Under the pieces are notes generated by a model. That model ran no database searches and was not told where the DNA came from. It was given only the letters and a program-made list of their open reading frames with translations. Shown one piece after another: positions 47,869 to 58,750 of a stretch of DNA of 64,000 bases. The translations under genes and the position numbers were made by a program. How positions within the stretch are numbered: position 1 is the first letter of the stretch; each line of letters begins with the position of its first letter. The stretch covers positions 32,001-96,000 of the forward strand of contig CAVRCJ010000014.1 of the NCBI GenBank assembly GCA_963719515.1, read 5' to 3'. Source of the stretch: an uncultured cyanobacterium. Lineage in GTDB: Bacteria; Cyanobacteriota; Cyanobacteriia; CAKZMO01.

Positions 47869-48894
47869 ATGCGCCGTTCAATCCGCTTGGCTCTGCTCTC
47901 ACTAGCGTTTTTCGGTTTTGCGCTCTTCGTTTACAGCCTGCTGGGGCCTTTTCCCCTGGCCACACAGAGGGAAAGACCTCAAGGCCTTGAGGAGTTGGCG
48001 ATCGCTCAATCCACTGCGCCAGAAGCGCTGGCAGACTACACCGCAAACGCGACAGCCCTACAATCGGCGCTTCAGCAGTTTACCGGGGAGCGATTTCGGC
48101 AGGCTGACCGAGAGCTTGTTAGGCGCAGCATCACTCAGCGCTTAGAGGCTTCCGGCTGGGTGGTGACGCCGCAGCCGTTCACAGCAGAAGGGTCTGGGCA
48201 GCAGGGGACCAACATAATTGCCACGCGGCCCAACGTGCCTCTAGAGGGCTCTTTAATACTGGGAACTCATTACGATACGGTACCGCGATCCCCCGGCGCG
48301 GATGATAATGCTACGGGGGTCGTTGCCGCTCTCGAGGCGGCCCGCGTCCTTGCCCCGCTGCTGAGGCCACAGAGCGGCCCAGAGAGGCGATCGCCCCGTC
48401 CCTTGGCGCTGGTTTTTTTTGATTTAGAAGAGGCCGGACTTCTGGGTAGTCGAGCCTTTGTCGGGGACCATTCCAACGTTGCGGGGGCCGTTATTTTAGA
48501 GATGCTGGGCTTCAGCTGCAACCAGCCTGGATGCCAGCGCTATCCCGGTGGGCTTCCCACCCCATCAGTCACCACAGGAACCTTTTTGGCGGCGATTGGC
48601 GATCGCGCCCATTCCCAGCTGTTGAGCGTGTTCGCCTCAGAGCAGCTGGGCCCCGAGGCGCTACCGGTGTTCACGCTAGCCGTTCCTACCGCGGGGCCGT
48701 TAGCCCCCGACCTGCTCAGAAGCGACCATCTGCCGTTTTGGCAAGCTGGGATCGGAGCCGTCTTGCTGACGGATACGGCTGAATTTCGCAATCCCCATTA
48801 CCATCTGCCCACGGACGAGGTGAGCACAATCAATATTGACTTCTATCGTCGGGTCGTGCAGCTCGTTGTAGAGCGGGTGTATCGACTGCTCTGA
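47869..48894 (+). CDS. M28 family peptidase
   Basis: GTHYDT, PGADDNATG, FDLEEAGLLGS, RSDH, YH. Confidence 0.92.
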   Translation: MRRSIRLALLSLAFFGFALFVYSLLGPFPLATQRERPQGLEELAIAQSTAPEALADYTANATALQSALQQFTGERFRQADRELVRRSITQRLEASGWVVTPQPFTAEGSGQQGTNIIATRPNVPLEGSLILGTHYDTVPRSPGADDNATGVVAALEAARVLAPLLRPQSGPERRSPRPLALVFFDLEEAGLLGSRAFVGDHSNVAGAVILEMLGFSCNQPGCQRYPGGLPTPSVTTGTFLAAIGDRAHSQLLSVFASEQLGPEALPVFTLAVPTAGPLAPDLLRSDHLPFWQAGIGAVLLTDTAEFRNPHYHLPTDEVSTINIDFYRRVVQLVVERVYRLL

Positions 48895-48976
48895 CGGCTA
48901 GGATGAGGCAACCGTATATGAGACCTACAAGAGGCCGTATAATATCAGCACACTGTTGACGCGATTCTTTCACCCC

Positions 48977-49702
48977 ATGCTAAGGCTAAACTTCCCGACG
49001 CAAAGCAGTCGGTTCTTTCACCCGCTCCAGGCCTGTTGGGCAGCGGTCCTGACGATGGCCGTCTTTTGCTGGATGCCGCCTGCTTCTGCCACCAGCGTCT
49101 ATGAGATGCCGTCCCTCTCGCCAGATCAGCCAGTTTGGGTTGTCGATGCCGCTGACGTTGTCAGCCGCGTCAACGAAAATCGGCTGGGCCGCGACCTCAG
49201 TCAGCTTGCTGAGCAAACGGGTACGGAGGTTCGATTCGTCACTATTCGCCGCCTTGACTACGGCGATACGGTGGATGACTTTGCTGAGCAGCTGCTTGAT
49301 CGGTGGTTTCCGGCAGCAGCCGACAAGGCCAACCAGGCGCTTATTGTCCTAGATAGCGTCACCAACAATACGGCGATCGCCACCGGTACTGACGTGGCAG
49401 GGCTACTCCCACCGGACCTAGCGACCAGCGTCACCCAAGAGACGATGCAGGTGCCTCTAAGAAACGGAAATAAGTACAATCAGTCGCTGGTCAACGCTAG
49501 CGATCGCCTAGTGGCGGTGCTGTCTGGCAACCCTGATCCGGGCCCTCCTCAAGTTGAATCTGCTATCCAGGTGGAGGGCACTTTCACTGCTGCAGAAGAC
49601 ACAGACCGGGGTAACGCCACCATTCTGGTGGTAGGATTTTTGGCCGCCGCAACCATCATTCCTATGGCAACTTACTTCGCCTATCAGATTTTTCAGTCCT
49701 AA
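48977..49702 (+). CDS. psb32: TPM-domain photosystem II repair protein Psb32
   Basis: ATSVYEMP, WVVDAADVVSR, VTIRRLDYG, DPGPP, C-terminal ATIIPMATYF. Confidence 0.85.
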   Translation: MLRLNFPTQSSRFFHPLQACWAAVLTMAVFCWMPPASATSVYEMPSLSPDQPVWVVDAADVVSRVNENRLGRDLSQLAEQTGTEVRFVTIRRLDYGDTVDDFAEQLLDRWFPAAADKANQALIVLDSVTNNTAIATGTDVAGLLPPDLATSVTQETMQVPLRNGNKYNQSLVNASDRLVAVLSGNPDPGPPQVESAIQVEGTFTAAEDTDRGNATILVVGFLAAATIIPMATYFAYQIFQS

Positions 49703-50056
49703 GGATGGTCTGAGGTGGGTACTGTAGAAATTATTCCCTGCAGGCCTCAGTAAGTCTGTCAGCCAGGTAGCTGGTACGTATAGCATTGATCTCATGGGGT
49801 CAATGCTATTTTTTTGTAACAATTCAGAAAACTGCGGATAGAATGGTGCTACGGCTGAAGAGGTAACTGTCCTCGGTGAGGGCGTTTTAGCCTCAACGTG
49901 CTCGCTTGCCGCTGGGTAGAGCCGCTTCGCTTGAAGCGCTAAACCCAAACAAGGGGTTCCACCAGTTCGAACTCGATTATCTTACAGAGACGCAGAATTA
50001 TCGGTCCATAGCAAAACACCCAAAGTAAACCCAACATAGCCGCAGGGAGGCGAATC

Positions 50057-50302
50057 ATGGTAGACGTTGCGAAATCTGAATTTCAGCTTGTCGAACTCGA
50101 TGAACAGACGTTTGTCAATACGTCGATTCCGATATCCCACCATGCGGCCCTGCGGGCCGGGTTTGCAGGCTACACCGCTAATCCCCGCTGGAGTGCGGCA
50201 AAGGTCCGAGCGTGGCAGCTGGGGCGGACGTGGCGCAAGGCGCTGTGTCAAGGGGATATGGTTGTTCGGGCGGACGATAAGGTTCTAGTTCCTGCCCGCT
50301 GA
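50057..50302 (+). CDS. Small hypothetical protein
   Basis: GGAGG upstream; LRAGF.GY..NPRWS..K.RAW..GR.WR. Confidence 0.75.
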   Translation: MVDVAKSEFQLVELDEQTFVNTSIPISHHAALRAGFAGYTANPRWSAAKVRAWQLGRTWRKALCQGDMVVRADDKVLVPAR

Positions 50303-50395
50303 AGCCAGAACTACTTCCCTAGAAAGACGATAGACGAGCATTTCATCACATACGCTAAAGAGTGATGACGAGAAAAGCTATACGCAGTGAGCCCT

Positions 50396-50737
50396 ATGAG
50401 TAATTCCGAAGAAGCTATCAATCAGCCTACAAAACCAGAAGACGTCTCCCCTGAGCAGTATGAGGCTCAGCAAAAAGCGCTAGAGCAAAATCCCAACGCT
50501 GTCCTCAACCCAGGCGATCGCGTCGATGGGTCTAAGTCTTTAGAGGATAAGTCACAGCAGGTTGCCGTCAACGCACCTGACGTGACCGGAGACCATATTG
50601 TTGTGCCAACCTACTTCGTCGTTGAAGGAGAAGAGGGGGACAAAGAGGCTCTCCACCACGTCAAAGACGCTGAGGAGATCTCCGACGTCATTCGCCAGGC
50701 CCGCACCGATGATGAGGGCAATCGTAACTGGCGGTAG
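50396..50737 (+). CDS. Acidic hypothetical protein
   Basis: PDVTGDHIVVPTYF...LHHVKDAEEISDVIRQAR. Confidence 0.72.
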   Translation: MSNSEEAINQPTKPEDVSPEQYEAQQKALEQNPNAVLNPGDRVDGSKSLEDKSQQVAVNAPDVTGDHIVVPTYFVVEGEEGDKEALHHVKDAEEISDVIRQARTDDEGNRNWR

Positions 50738-50806
50738 GCTTGGGTTTCCTTGAATTCCCAAAGCCAAGGCGTTCGAGATAAGCTAAACGCACAATTGTGC
50801 TAAAAG

Positions 50807-50835
50807 GGAGCGCTGCAGATGGTCTGCAGCGCTCC
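50807..50835. terminator. 13-bp hairpin between convergent genes
   Basis: GGAGCGCTGCAGA-TGG-TCTGCAGCGCTCC. Confidence 0.65.
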
Positions 50836-50949
50836 GCTAAGTAGGATTTGCGCGGCTGCGTTGCCCTCTTCTCAGCTCTCGAAGACTTTGAGCCTTGAGG
50901 TTCTCAAGCTTGAGAAAGTTGGGCAGCGCGCCTTGCTAAATGGATAGAC

Positions 50950-51285
50950 TTACGAGTTGGGCTCGGCCTTCACGGCAGTTGCCCCGTCAACGCCCTTAGC
51001 AATGCTCTTAGCCTGCTCCAAAGAGGCTTCGGCATCAGGGTTGTACTTGAGCACGACGGTGCTGCCCGACTGAGCAACCCAAAGGCCAATGTTGTCTGCA
51101 ATACCGGCGTTGTCGAGGGCCTGAGCTACGCGCTTGGCCAGGCCGCTGTCGTCAAACTCACCGTCTAGACCGACCTTCTCAGCCGGAATGGACTTCTCGG
51201 TCGCTCTTTTCTTGACGTCAACCTTGGGCGTCTTTGCCGCCTTCTCTTCTTCTTTCTTGCCGAATAGTTTGCCTAAAAATCCCAT
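50950..51285 (-). CDS. BON-domain-like protein
   Basis: MGFLGKLFG; GLDGEFDDSGLAKRV; WVAQSGSTVVLK; AKGVDGATAV. Confidence 0.75.
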   Translation of the reverse strand: MGFLGKLFGKKEEEKAAKTPKVDVKKRATEKSIPAEKVGLDGEFDDSGLAKRVAQALDNAGIADNIGLWVAQSGSTVVLKYNPDAEASLEQAKSIAKGVDGATAVKAEPNS

Positions 51286-51420
51286 AGTTTCCTCACGATA
51301 ACTTCTCTTGGGGTCACGAAACAGACTATAGGCGATCGCCGTCTCTAACCACCTACCTGCAGAGAGACTTATCCCCTATCTATATCGCTGTAGGATGATT
51401 GGCCAACGGCGATCGCAAAA

Positions 51421-52692
51421 GTGATGACAACCAGCAGCGATATCCTTATTCTCTCTAACGGTCCCGGCGAAATCTCTACCTGGGTTCGCCCCGTTGTCCA
51501 GGCGCTGCGGCGGCAGCTCGGCCTCGGCCCGGCCCCCCACCGCATTTCCCTTGTGCTCTCTCCTTGCCCCAACGCCAGCGGCAAAGAAGTGGCGATCGCC
51601 CAACGCTACCCCGAAATTGATCGCATCCAGGACGCAGCGCACTTCTTTCCGTTTCTGCTGTTCGGCAAGACCCAAGATCGCTGGGACTGGCGCGATCGCG
51701 GCGTGGTAATTTTTCTGGGCGGTGACCAACTCTATCCGATTCTGTTGGCGCGGCGGCTAGGCTACCGCACCGTTATCTATGGGGAGTGGGACACCCGCTG
51801 GCATCGGTGGGGCGATCGCTACGCGGTGATGAATGCCAGCCTGATCGACCGCATACCGGTCCAGTATCGCCGCAAGGCGACCGTCGTGGGTGACCTAATG
51901 GCGGATGTCTCCCGTCACTCGGCCTCAGAAGACGAGCCTATTGGGGCTGATGTGCCCTCTGATGTATCCGAGCCGCCCTTAGTAGGCCTTCTCCCAGGCT
52001 CAAAGCCCGCTAAGCTCACCCAGGGCGTCCCGTTTTGCCTGGCGATCGCCGCCCATATCCATCGGGCACGCCCTGATGTACGCTTCCTGTTGCCGGTGGC
52101 TCCCAATCTAGAGCTAGAAACGATAGCGGACTACGCCAAACCCAGCAACCCTTTTGCAGGGCGGTTCGCTGCGCCGGCAGTGACGCTAACCAAAATACCT
52201 TCTCCGCGAATCGACTGGGCAGAGGGTGGCACTATCGAGCTACACACAGAGTTTCCGGCGTACGAAGTCCTGCGCCGCTGCCAAATTTGCATCACTACTC
52301 TGGGAGCTAATACAGCAGAGTTAGGGGCTTTGGGAGTACCTATGGTGGTGGTTCTGCCCACCCAGCAGCTGGACGCCATGCGGGCTTGGGATGGCATACC
52401 GGGGCTACTGGCAAATCTACCTGGTGTGGGTAGCGCAATGGCCTTGGCCATTAACGCCTGGTTTTTGCGCAAGAAGCGGCTGTTGGCCTGGCCCAACATT
52501 TGGGCGGGGGAAGAGATTGTGCCGGAGCTGGTGGGCCAGCTGCAGCCTCAAGAGGTCGCCGAACGGGTGTTAGACCTGCTTGCTCATCCTGAGGCGCTAA
52601 GGCAAATGAGCCGCCGTCTCCGGCAGGCTCGAGGCGAGACGGGCGCGGCGGCGCGGCTAGCTTCCTTAGTTGCCGGCTTGCTAGAGGTTTAG
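51421..52692 (+). CDS. Lipid-A-disaccharide synthase-like glycosyltransferase
   Basis: ILSNGPGE, VVGDLM, LLPGSK, GANTAELG, AWPNIWAG..IVPEL. Confidence 0.85.
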   Translation: MMTTSSDILILSNGPGEISTWVRPVVQALRRQLGLGPAPHRISLVLSPCPNASGKEVAIAQRYPEIDRIQDAAHFFPFLLFGKTQDRWDWRDRGVVIFLGGDQLYPILLARRLGYRTVIYGEWDTRWHRWGDRYAVMNASLIDRIPVQYRRKATVVGDLMADVSRHSASEDEPIGADVPSDVSEPPLVGLLPGSKPAKLTQGVPFCLAIAAHIHRARPDVRFLLPVAPNLELETIADYAKPSNPFAGRFAAPAVTLTKIPSPRIDWAEGGTIELHTEFPAYEVLRRCQICITTLGANTAELGALGVPMVVVLPTQQLDAMRAWDGIPGLLANLPGVGSAMALAINAWFLRKKRLLAWPNIWAGEEIVPELVGQLQPQEVAERVLDLLAHPEALRQMSRRLRQARGETGAAARLASLVAGLLEV

Positions 52693-52887
52693 CGCCTCCA
52701 GAGACCTTGCGGAAATTGCTGGACTTTAGCGCTGGACTTTAGCACAGTAGCCTCAAGCCATCCAGCCCAATCGTGCTCTAGATAAAGCCAGCGCTCGAAG
52801 CAGGTCAGAGTAGCCTTTGGGACTCTGTGCTACCTACTACCCGTAAATTCGATAGAATAGTGGCGCTTACTACAATTGCCTGTTCCC

Positions 52888-53433
52888 ATGGTGAAGCCCT
52901 CTTCCGGTCTACCACCCGCATCATCTTCTAGAGCAGACGCTGGTTTGGAGCAGGTTTTAGGTCGCCTGTCCCAACGTCTGCAGCGCGATAGCTTAGTTCA
53001 GAGCGCTACTGACGTGCTGCGCAGCAGCCTAGCAGTTAACCGCGTGGTGCTCTATTATTTCTATCGCCAGTGGGAAGGGCAGGTTACCTTTGAGTCCCTT
53101 AGCCATCCCCAATACTCCATCTTGGGGTCTACTGGGCCAGACGAATGCTTCAATGGCGACTACGCCCAAATGTATCTTCAAGGGCGCGTCCGGGCGATCG
53201 CCAACATCGAAACCGCCGACATTCACGATTGCCACCGCGAGTTTCTGCGCCAAGTTGACGTGCGGGCCAATCTGGTCGTGCCCGTGCTGGTACGCGATAC
53301 TCTATGGGGACTGCTGGTGGCCCACCACTGCGATGCGACCCGTGACTGGAGCGCTAGCGATGTCTCCCAAATGCTAGAAGCCGCTGAGCAGCTTGCCAGT
53401 TCACCGACAATTAACGCGCCTCAAAACCTGTGA
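52888..53433 (+). CDS. Stand-alone GAF domain protein
   Basis: NRVVLYYF, VRANLVVPV, LWGLLVAHHC..RDW. Confidence 0.85.
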   Translation: MVKPSSGLPPASSSRADAGLEQVLGRLSQRLQRDSLVQSATDVLRSSLAVNRVVLYYFYRQWEGQVTFESLSHPQYSILGSTGPDECFNGDYAQMYLQGRVRAIANIETADIHDCHREFLRQVDVRANLVVPVLVRDTLWGLLVAHHCDATRDWSASDVSQMLEAAEQLASSPTINAPQNL

Positions 53434-54251
53434 CACCACCCCAAATTCCTGCTCCTCTCGCCGGACTGCCGCCCAAAGTTTACATTGTGGGCGCCGGTCC
53501 CGGAGATCCTGAGCTGCTCACCCTCAAGGCTCAGCGACTGCTGGCCACCGCCGACGTTATCCTATACGCCAACTCTCTGGTGCCCCCTCAAATCCTGGCC
53601 CATACCCGCGCCAATGCCACCCGCATTCCCACCGCCAGCAGGACCCTGGAAGACATTTTGCCCCTGATGATCGATGCGGTGCGATCGCAAAAATCCGTAG
53701 TGCGGCTGCACTCGGGCGACCCCAGTCTTTACAGCGCTATTGGTGAGCAGATGCAGGCCCTGGCTGAGGCTGAAGTTCCCTTTGAGGTCATTCCGGGCAT
53801 CAGTGCCTTTCAGGCGGCGGCGGCGGCGCTGCAGGTGGAGCTAACGGTCCCCGCGCTGGTGCAAACCATCATTCTGACGCGAATCAGCGGACGAACCAAC
53901 GTGCCCGCAGCTGAGGAACTCGCTTCTCTAGCGGCCCATCAAGCGAGCCTATGCCTCTACCTGAGCGCGCGCCACGTCGAGGCCGCTCAGGATAAGCTGA
54001 TGCAGCATTACGCCCCAGATACCCCCGTAGCCCTATGCTTTCGCCTGGGCTGGCCCGATGAGGTGGTTGAGGTAGTGCCCCTGAAAGAGATGGCGACGGC
54101 AACTCGAGCGCAAGACTTGATCCGCACGACGCTTTATCTCATCAGCCCTGCCTTGGCCCAGACGTCAAAGGCGCGATCGCGGCTCTATAGTCCGAGCCAC
54201 GACCATCTGTTTCGGCCTAGCGGCGAGCTTGACAGTCGCCAAGCCGGCTAG
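53430..54251 (+). CDS. cobM: Precorrin-4 C11-methyltransferase (CobM/CbiF)
   Basis: VGAGPGDPELLTLK, RLHSGDPSLYSAIGEQ, ELTVP..VQTIILTR. Confidence 0.94.
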   Translation: MTPPQIPAPLAGLPPKVYIVGAGPGDPELLTLKAQRLLATADVILYANSLVPPQILAHTRANATRIPTASRTLEDILPLMIDAVRSQKSVVRLHSGDPSLYSAIGEQMQALAEAEVPFEVIPGISAFQAAAAALQVELTVPALVQTIILTRISGRTNVPAAEELASLAAHQASLCLYLSARHVEAAQDKLMQHYAPDTPVALCFRLGWPDEVVEVVPLKEMATATRAQDLIRTTLYLISPALAQTSKARSRLYSPSHDHLFRPSGELDSRQAG

Positions 54252-54284
54252 GCGCGTTTCAAAGAACGTGGATAAGATAACGTT

Positions 54285-54764
54285 TCACACAGCGCCGGAG
54301 CCTTCACCGGCACGAATTTTAGATCCATCCGGTAGCAGCACCCCCTGGGTGAGCGCCTGGGTGAGCTGTCCTAGGTCGATCCTAGCGCCGGTTAGACTGG
54401 CATGGGTCATATCCGCTTTCACCAAAGTCGCCCCGGTCAAATCGGCGTCCCTAAAGCAGGCCCGCCGCAGCGTCGCACGATCAAGCTGCGCTTGTCTGAG
54501 GTTCGCTCTCTCTAAGGTCGCATCTGTCAGCGTCGCAAAGGTCAGATTGGCTCCGTCCAACTGAGCGGCAAACAAATTCACGCCTGTAAGGTCAGCGCCA
54601 GAAAAATTGGCTCCGCTGAGGTCCGCGCCCCTGAGGTTCGCGCCGCGAAGGCAGGCATTGCGAAAGTTATAGCCCCTGAAATTTCGTCCGGGAAGGTCTG
54701 CTCGAGCGAGATCTTGATCGGCAAAAGATTTGGAAATGAACGCTCTCGAGAGGTCTACGATCAT
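54285..54764 (-). CDS. Pentapeptide repeat protein
   Basis: A(D/N)LXX repeats. Confidence 0.88.
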   Translation of the reverse strand: MIVDLSRAFISKSFADQDLARADLPGRNFRGYNFRNACLRGANLRGADLSGANFSGADLTGVNLFAAQLDGANLTFATLTDATLERANLRQAQLDRATLRRACFRDADLTGATLVKADMTHASLTGARIDLGQLTQALTQGVLLPDGSKIRAGEGSGAV

Positions 54765-54944
54765 AGTTTTGAGAAGGTATCTTGATAGTTAGGGCTGTAA
54801 AAAGCACGTATTATGCCATACGCTGCAATACGAGCGCTATTTGTAGTATACAAAGCCCCATCGCTGGTTAACCCAGGATTCTATAAAGATCCGATTAAGC
54901 CTTGGCTAACCCTATGACTGGAGACCGCAAGGCCAATTCAACGC

Positions 54945-56204
54945 TCATTGCGTCCAGCTCGTGATCGGCGGCTGGGTCTGGGCGATTACGGCCCCGCGCG
55001 AAATGACGTAGCACACTGTCGGGCGTCGCCGCAGAGCGTCGTAGCGATCGCTCGCGTCTAGCACAATTAGGTTTGCGGGCTTCCCCACTTCAACCCCGTA
55101 GCGGTCCTCTACCCGCAGCGTCCGTGCCCCGTTCCAGGTCACCATGTTGTAGCAGGCGTCTATTTCAGCAGTGCCCGTCATCTGACAGACGTGCAGAGCC
55201 ATATGAGCCACATCCAGCATGCTGGCCGTCCCCAGCGGATACCAGGGGTCTCTAATGCAGTCGTGCCCGAGGCTGACATTGATGCCCCGCTGCCACAGCT
55301 CTTTGACCCGCGTTACGCCCCGCCGCTTGGGGTAGCTGTCACCGCGTCCCTGCAGGGTGATGTTGATCAGCGGGTTCGCGATGAAGCTAATCTGTGCCCG
55401 GTCCAAAAAGCCCATGAGCTTGAGGGCATAGGCGTCGTTGTAGGAACCGAAGGCGCTAGTGTGGCTGGCCGTAACGCGATCGCCGCAGCGCTCACGAATG
55501 GCGCAGGCCGTCACCACCTCTAAAAAGCGGGACTGGTCGTCGTCGATTTCGTCGCAGTGGATATCTACCAGGCGGTCGTACTGCTGCGCTAGCTCAAAGA
55601 TGCGGTGCACCGACCGGACGCCGTCCTCCCGCGTCAGTTCATAGTGGGGAATGCCGCCGAGCACGTCTACCCCCAGCTTGGCAGCCTCCTGCATCAGCTG
55701 CTCTCCCTCCGGGCTTCCGTAGATGCCGTCCTGAGGAAAAGCCACCACCTGCAGCGTCATCCAGCTCTGGACCTCGTCCCGCACCTCCAGCAGCGCTTTA
55801 AGGGCCGTCAGGGTTTTCTCACTGACATCGGCGTGGCTCCGCACAAACAGAACCCCCTGAGTGGCGTGCTGCTTGAGGGTGTCAATGGCACGCTGTTTAA
55901 CGTCCTTCAGCGTTAAGGCTTGCTTGCGGTCTCGCCAAATCTCGATGCCCTCAAACAGGGTGCCGCTGACGTTGAGGTGGGGCTGCCCTATGGTCTGCGC
56001 TGAGTCGAGGTGGACGTGGGAGTCAACGAAGGGCGGACTCACCAGCCGCTCTCTCACGTCTAGCTCTGTTTGCCCCTGTAGGTCTAAGCGGGGTGCGATC
56101 GCTTGAATAGTATCGCCCTGAATCGCGATATCCACGAGTTGAGGAGCGCCGTCCCGCTGCAGGAGGCGACAGCGGCGGAGCAAAAGATCGCACAGGCTGG
56201 ACAT
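54945..56204 (-). CDS. codA: Cytosine deaminase
   Basis: PPFVDSHVHLD, VAFPQDG, GGIPHYE, HCDEIDD, GHDCIRDPWYPLG. Confidence 0.93.
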   Translation of the reverse strand: MSSLCDLLLRRCRLLQRDGAPQLVDIAIQGDTIQAIAPRLDLQGQTELDVRERLVSPPFVDSHVHLDSAQTIGQPHLNVSGTLFEGIEIWRDRKQALTLKDVKQRAIDTLKQHATQGVLFVRSHADVSEKTLTALKALLEVRDEVQSWMTLQVVAFPQDGIYGSPEGEQLMQEAAKLGVDVLGGIPHYELTREDGVRSVHRIFELAQQYDRLVDIHCDEIDDDQSRFLEVVTACAIRERCGDRVTASHTSAFGSYNDAYALKLMGFLDRAQISFIANPLINITLQGRGDSYPKRRGVTRVKELWQRGINVSLGHDCIRDPWYPLGTASMLDVAHMALHVCQMTGTAEIDACYNMVTWNGARTLRVEDRYGVEVGKPANLIVLDASDRYDALRRRPTVCYVISRGAVIAQTQPPITSWTQ

Positions 56205-56331
56205 GAGAAAGAACCCTTAGGAAACTTGCCGCGTTAATTCTGCCGCAGCGAGGGGAATTTGTTAAGATAACGTTACAAATTAAACCACCTGGGCCGCGTC
56301 AATACGGTAAGGGTGGCTACGGTTCAATCCT

Positions 56332-57303
56332 ATGCTGGTTCAGTCCGACAAGTCATCCTCCCGGCCTGCTGCTTCCTCGCCAATCCTAAACGCCCAAAAC
56401 TTGCACAAGTTTTACCGCCGCGATCGCCAACGGATTGCGGCGGTGGAGGGCGTGTCTTTGGCGATCGCGCCCGGTGAGGTACTGGCGTTCTTAGGGCCAA
56501 ACGGCGCTGGAAAGACCACCACCATCAAGATGATTGCGGGGCTGGTGCGGCCCGATGAGGGACAGGTGAGCATTGGGGGGAGCGACCCCCACCGCGATCC
56601 GCTGGCGCTGCGGGGCGTAGGGGCAGTGCTAGAGGGCAACCGTAACCTCTACTGGCGGCTAACGGCCCTCGAAAATCTGCAGTACTTTGGCGTCTTGCGG
56701 GGCATGACCCGGCGCGCCGCACGGCGGCAGGGGCTGGCACTGCTAGAGCAGTTCAGCCTGTCAGACAAAAAAGACGTCCCTGTACGCACCTTCTCTCGGG
56801 GTATGCAGCAAAAGCTGGCCATTGCGGTTGCGTTAGTGCACACCCCCCAGCTTCTGCTGCTAGATGAACCCACTTTAGGGCTGGACGTGGAGGCGGGGGA
56901 GCATGTGAAGGAGCTGGTGCAGTCGGTTGCCGCCCAGGGCTGCGCGGTACTGCTTACCACTCACCAGCTCAACGTGGCGGAAGAGCTCTCCGACCGGGTA
57001 GCCATCATCCGCCAAGGGAAAATTGTGGCCCAGGCCAGTACTGCCGACCTCCTCCGCCAGTTTTCCAACGCGGTCTACCGCGTGGAGGTAGAGGGAGAGA
57101 TTAACGACGCTCAACAGCAGGCGATCGCCGCCCTAGAGGCCTCGGTGCGGGGCAGCGTTGTTCACTATAAGGGGGATGCCCCGGGTCTCTATCGTCTTTT
57201 CGAGATTTTGCGGCCTTTGCCCATCCTGCAGGTGGCCCCTGACCGCCCTGATTTGACTGACGTTTTCCTTAAGGTGGTGCGCGATGAAACGGTCTCGATC
57301 TGA
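56332..57303 (+). CDS. ABC-2 type transporter ATP-binding subunit
   Basis: GPNGAGKT, FSRGMQQ, LLLDEPT. Confidence 0.94.
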   Translation: MLVQSDKSSSRPAASSPILNAQNLHKFYRRDRQRIAAVEGVSLAIAPGEVLAFLGPNGAGKTTTIKMIAGLVRPDEGQVSIGGSDPHRDPLALRGVGAVLEGNRNLYWRLTALENLQYFGVLRGMTRRAARRQGLALLEQFSLSDKKDVPVRTFSRGMQQKLAIAVALVHTPQLLLLDEPTLGLDVEAGEHVKELVQSVAAQGCAVLLTTHQLNVAEELSDRVAIIRQGKIVAQASTADLLRQFSNAVYRVEVEGEINDAQQQAIAALEASVRGSVVHYKGDAPGLYRLFEILRPLPILQVAPDRPDLTDVFLKVVRDETVSI

Positions 57304-58084
57304 GCTACTTTGGGCTGATCTATTTTGGGCGGAGCTGAAGCGCAGCTGGACCGAGTTTATCCGCTACCCAGCGGAGGCTATCGGTGGCATCGTAATCACC
57401 ACCATTGTCTTCTACGGTCTATTTCTGAGCGCCCGCTACATGGCGGGACCCGCGATGCAGTTTGGCGATCGCCTAGACTCGGTGGTCGTGGGCTACGTGC
57501 TCTGGACTCTGACGCTGTTTATCATCAGCGATATCTCTCTCAGCCTGCAGTCGGAAGCCCAAACCGGCACGCTAGAACAAATTTTTCTCTCCCCCTTCGG
57601 TCCCTCCCGCGTATTTTTAGTGCGGGCGCTGGCTAGCCTCACCATCCGCCTCATCTTGATTACCACTATCTTGCTGATTTTGATGGGCATCACCGGCAGC
57701 CGCCTGCAGTTTCCTCCTACCCTGGTGCTCCCCCTAATCACGATTTTGCTGGCGGGCTACGGGCTAGCGTTTATCATGGGCGCTTGTGCCCTATTGTTTA
57801 AGCGGGTGCAGCAGCTTCTAGGTCTATTTCAGTTTGTGCTGCTGTTTCTATTGGCGACGCCCACAGAAACCTGGTCCACCCAGCTCAAGCTGCTGAGCTG
57901 GATGCTGCCGATGATTCCCAGTGCGGGGCTGCTGCGGGACCTGATGGCGCGGGGCGCGGCGCTAGATTTGGGCGTCTTTACCCTAGCGCTGGTGAATGGC
58001 GCAGTTTACTTCACCTTAGGCATAGCGACGTTTCGCTGGGCAGAGCAGCAGGCAAAGCGGCGCGGGCTACTGGGCAGTTATTAA
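57284..58084 (+). CDS. ABC-2 type transporter permease
   Basis: Six TM segments, EAQTGTLEQIFLSP; overlaps the ATPase gene. Confidence 0.9.
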   Translation: MKRSRSELLWADLFWAELKRSWTEFIRYPAEAIGGIVITTIVFYGLFLSARYMAGPAMQFGDRLDSVVVGYVLWTLTLFIISDISLSLQSEAQTGTLEQIFLSPFGPSRVFLVRALASLTIRLILITTILLILMGITGSRLQFPPTLVLPLITILLAGYGLAFIMGACALLFKRVQQLLGLFQFVLLFLLATPTETWSTQLKLLSWMLPMIPSAGLLRDLMARGAALDLGVFTLALVNGAVYFTLGIATFRWAEQQAKRRGLLGSY

Positions 58085-58087
58085 ATC

Positions 58088-58750
58088 CTAAGCAGCACTT
58101 TTCTTTTGGCCTAGCTTAAACTCGGTACCCTGCAGCAGGCGCTGGATATTAGTTTTGTGGGTTACGAGAATGTAAACCGCAGCGGCCAGCACAAACAGCA
58201 GCATTGGCAGGGGGCGGTTGAACAACAGCGCGATAACGGGAACCGACAGCGCCGTCACTAGGGAGCTGAGAGAAACAATTTTGGAGAGCGCCAAGACGGC
58301 GGAAAACACGGTAAGGGCAATCAGGGCGGTGGGCCAGTGTAGAGCAAACAGCACCCCCAGCCCAGAAGCCACCGATTTGCCGCCTGAAAAGCCTAGCCAA
58401 ACGGAGCGACTGTGGCCCAGCAAAACGCCCAATCCTGCTACGACAGGAAGCCAAACGATCCACGACGCGGTACTGATAGCCGTGGGAGACGGGACGGTTA
58501 GGCTGGGCAGGTGAGCAATCCAGCGGGTCACCGCGATCGCCAGCACTCCCTTAACTATGTCAATGGCGAGTACCGCACCGCCTGGCCCTTTTCCCAAAAC
58601 CCGAAGAACATTGGTTGCCCCTGTTGAGCCCGACCCATGTTCACGAATATCAATGTCCTTTAGAAGCCGGCCCGCCAGGTACCCCGTGGGCAGCGAACCA
58701 AGTAGATAGGCTCCAGAAAAGATACCGCACAACCAAACAAACCAGGTCAT
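58088..58750 (-). CDS. plsY: Glycerol-3-phosphate acyltransferase
   Basis: YLLGSLP, GSGSTGATNVLR, FSGGKSVA, HKTNIQRL. Confidence 0.95.
   Translation of the reverse strand: MTWFVWLCGIFSGAYLLGSLPTGYLAGRLLKDIDIREHGSGSTGATNVLRVLGKGPGGAVLAIDIVKGVLAIAVTRWIAHLPSLTVPSPTAISTASWIVWLPVVAGLGVLLGHSRSVWLGFSGGKSVASGLGVLFALHWPTALIALTVFSAVLALSKIVSLSSLVTALSVPVIALLFNRPLPMLLFVLAAAVYILVTHKTNIQRLLQGTEFKLGQKKSAA

Noticed and set aside
52718..52743. GCTGGACTTTAGC tandem duplication
   Set aside because: Only two copies; probably a slippage event.
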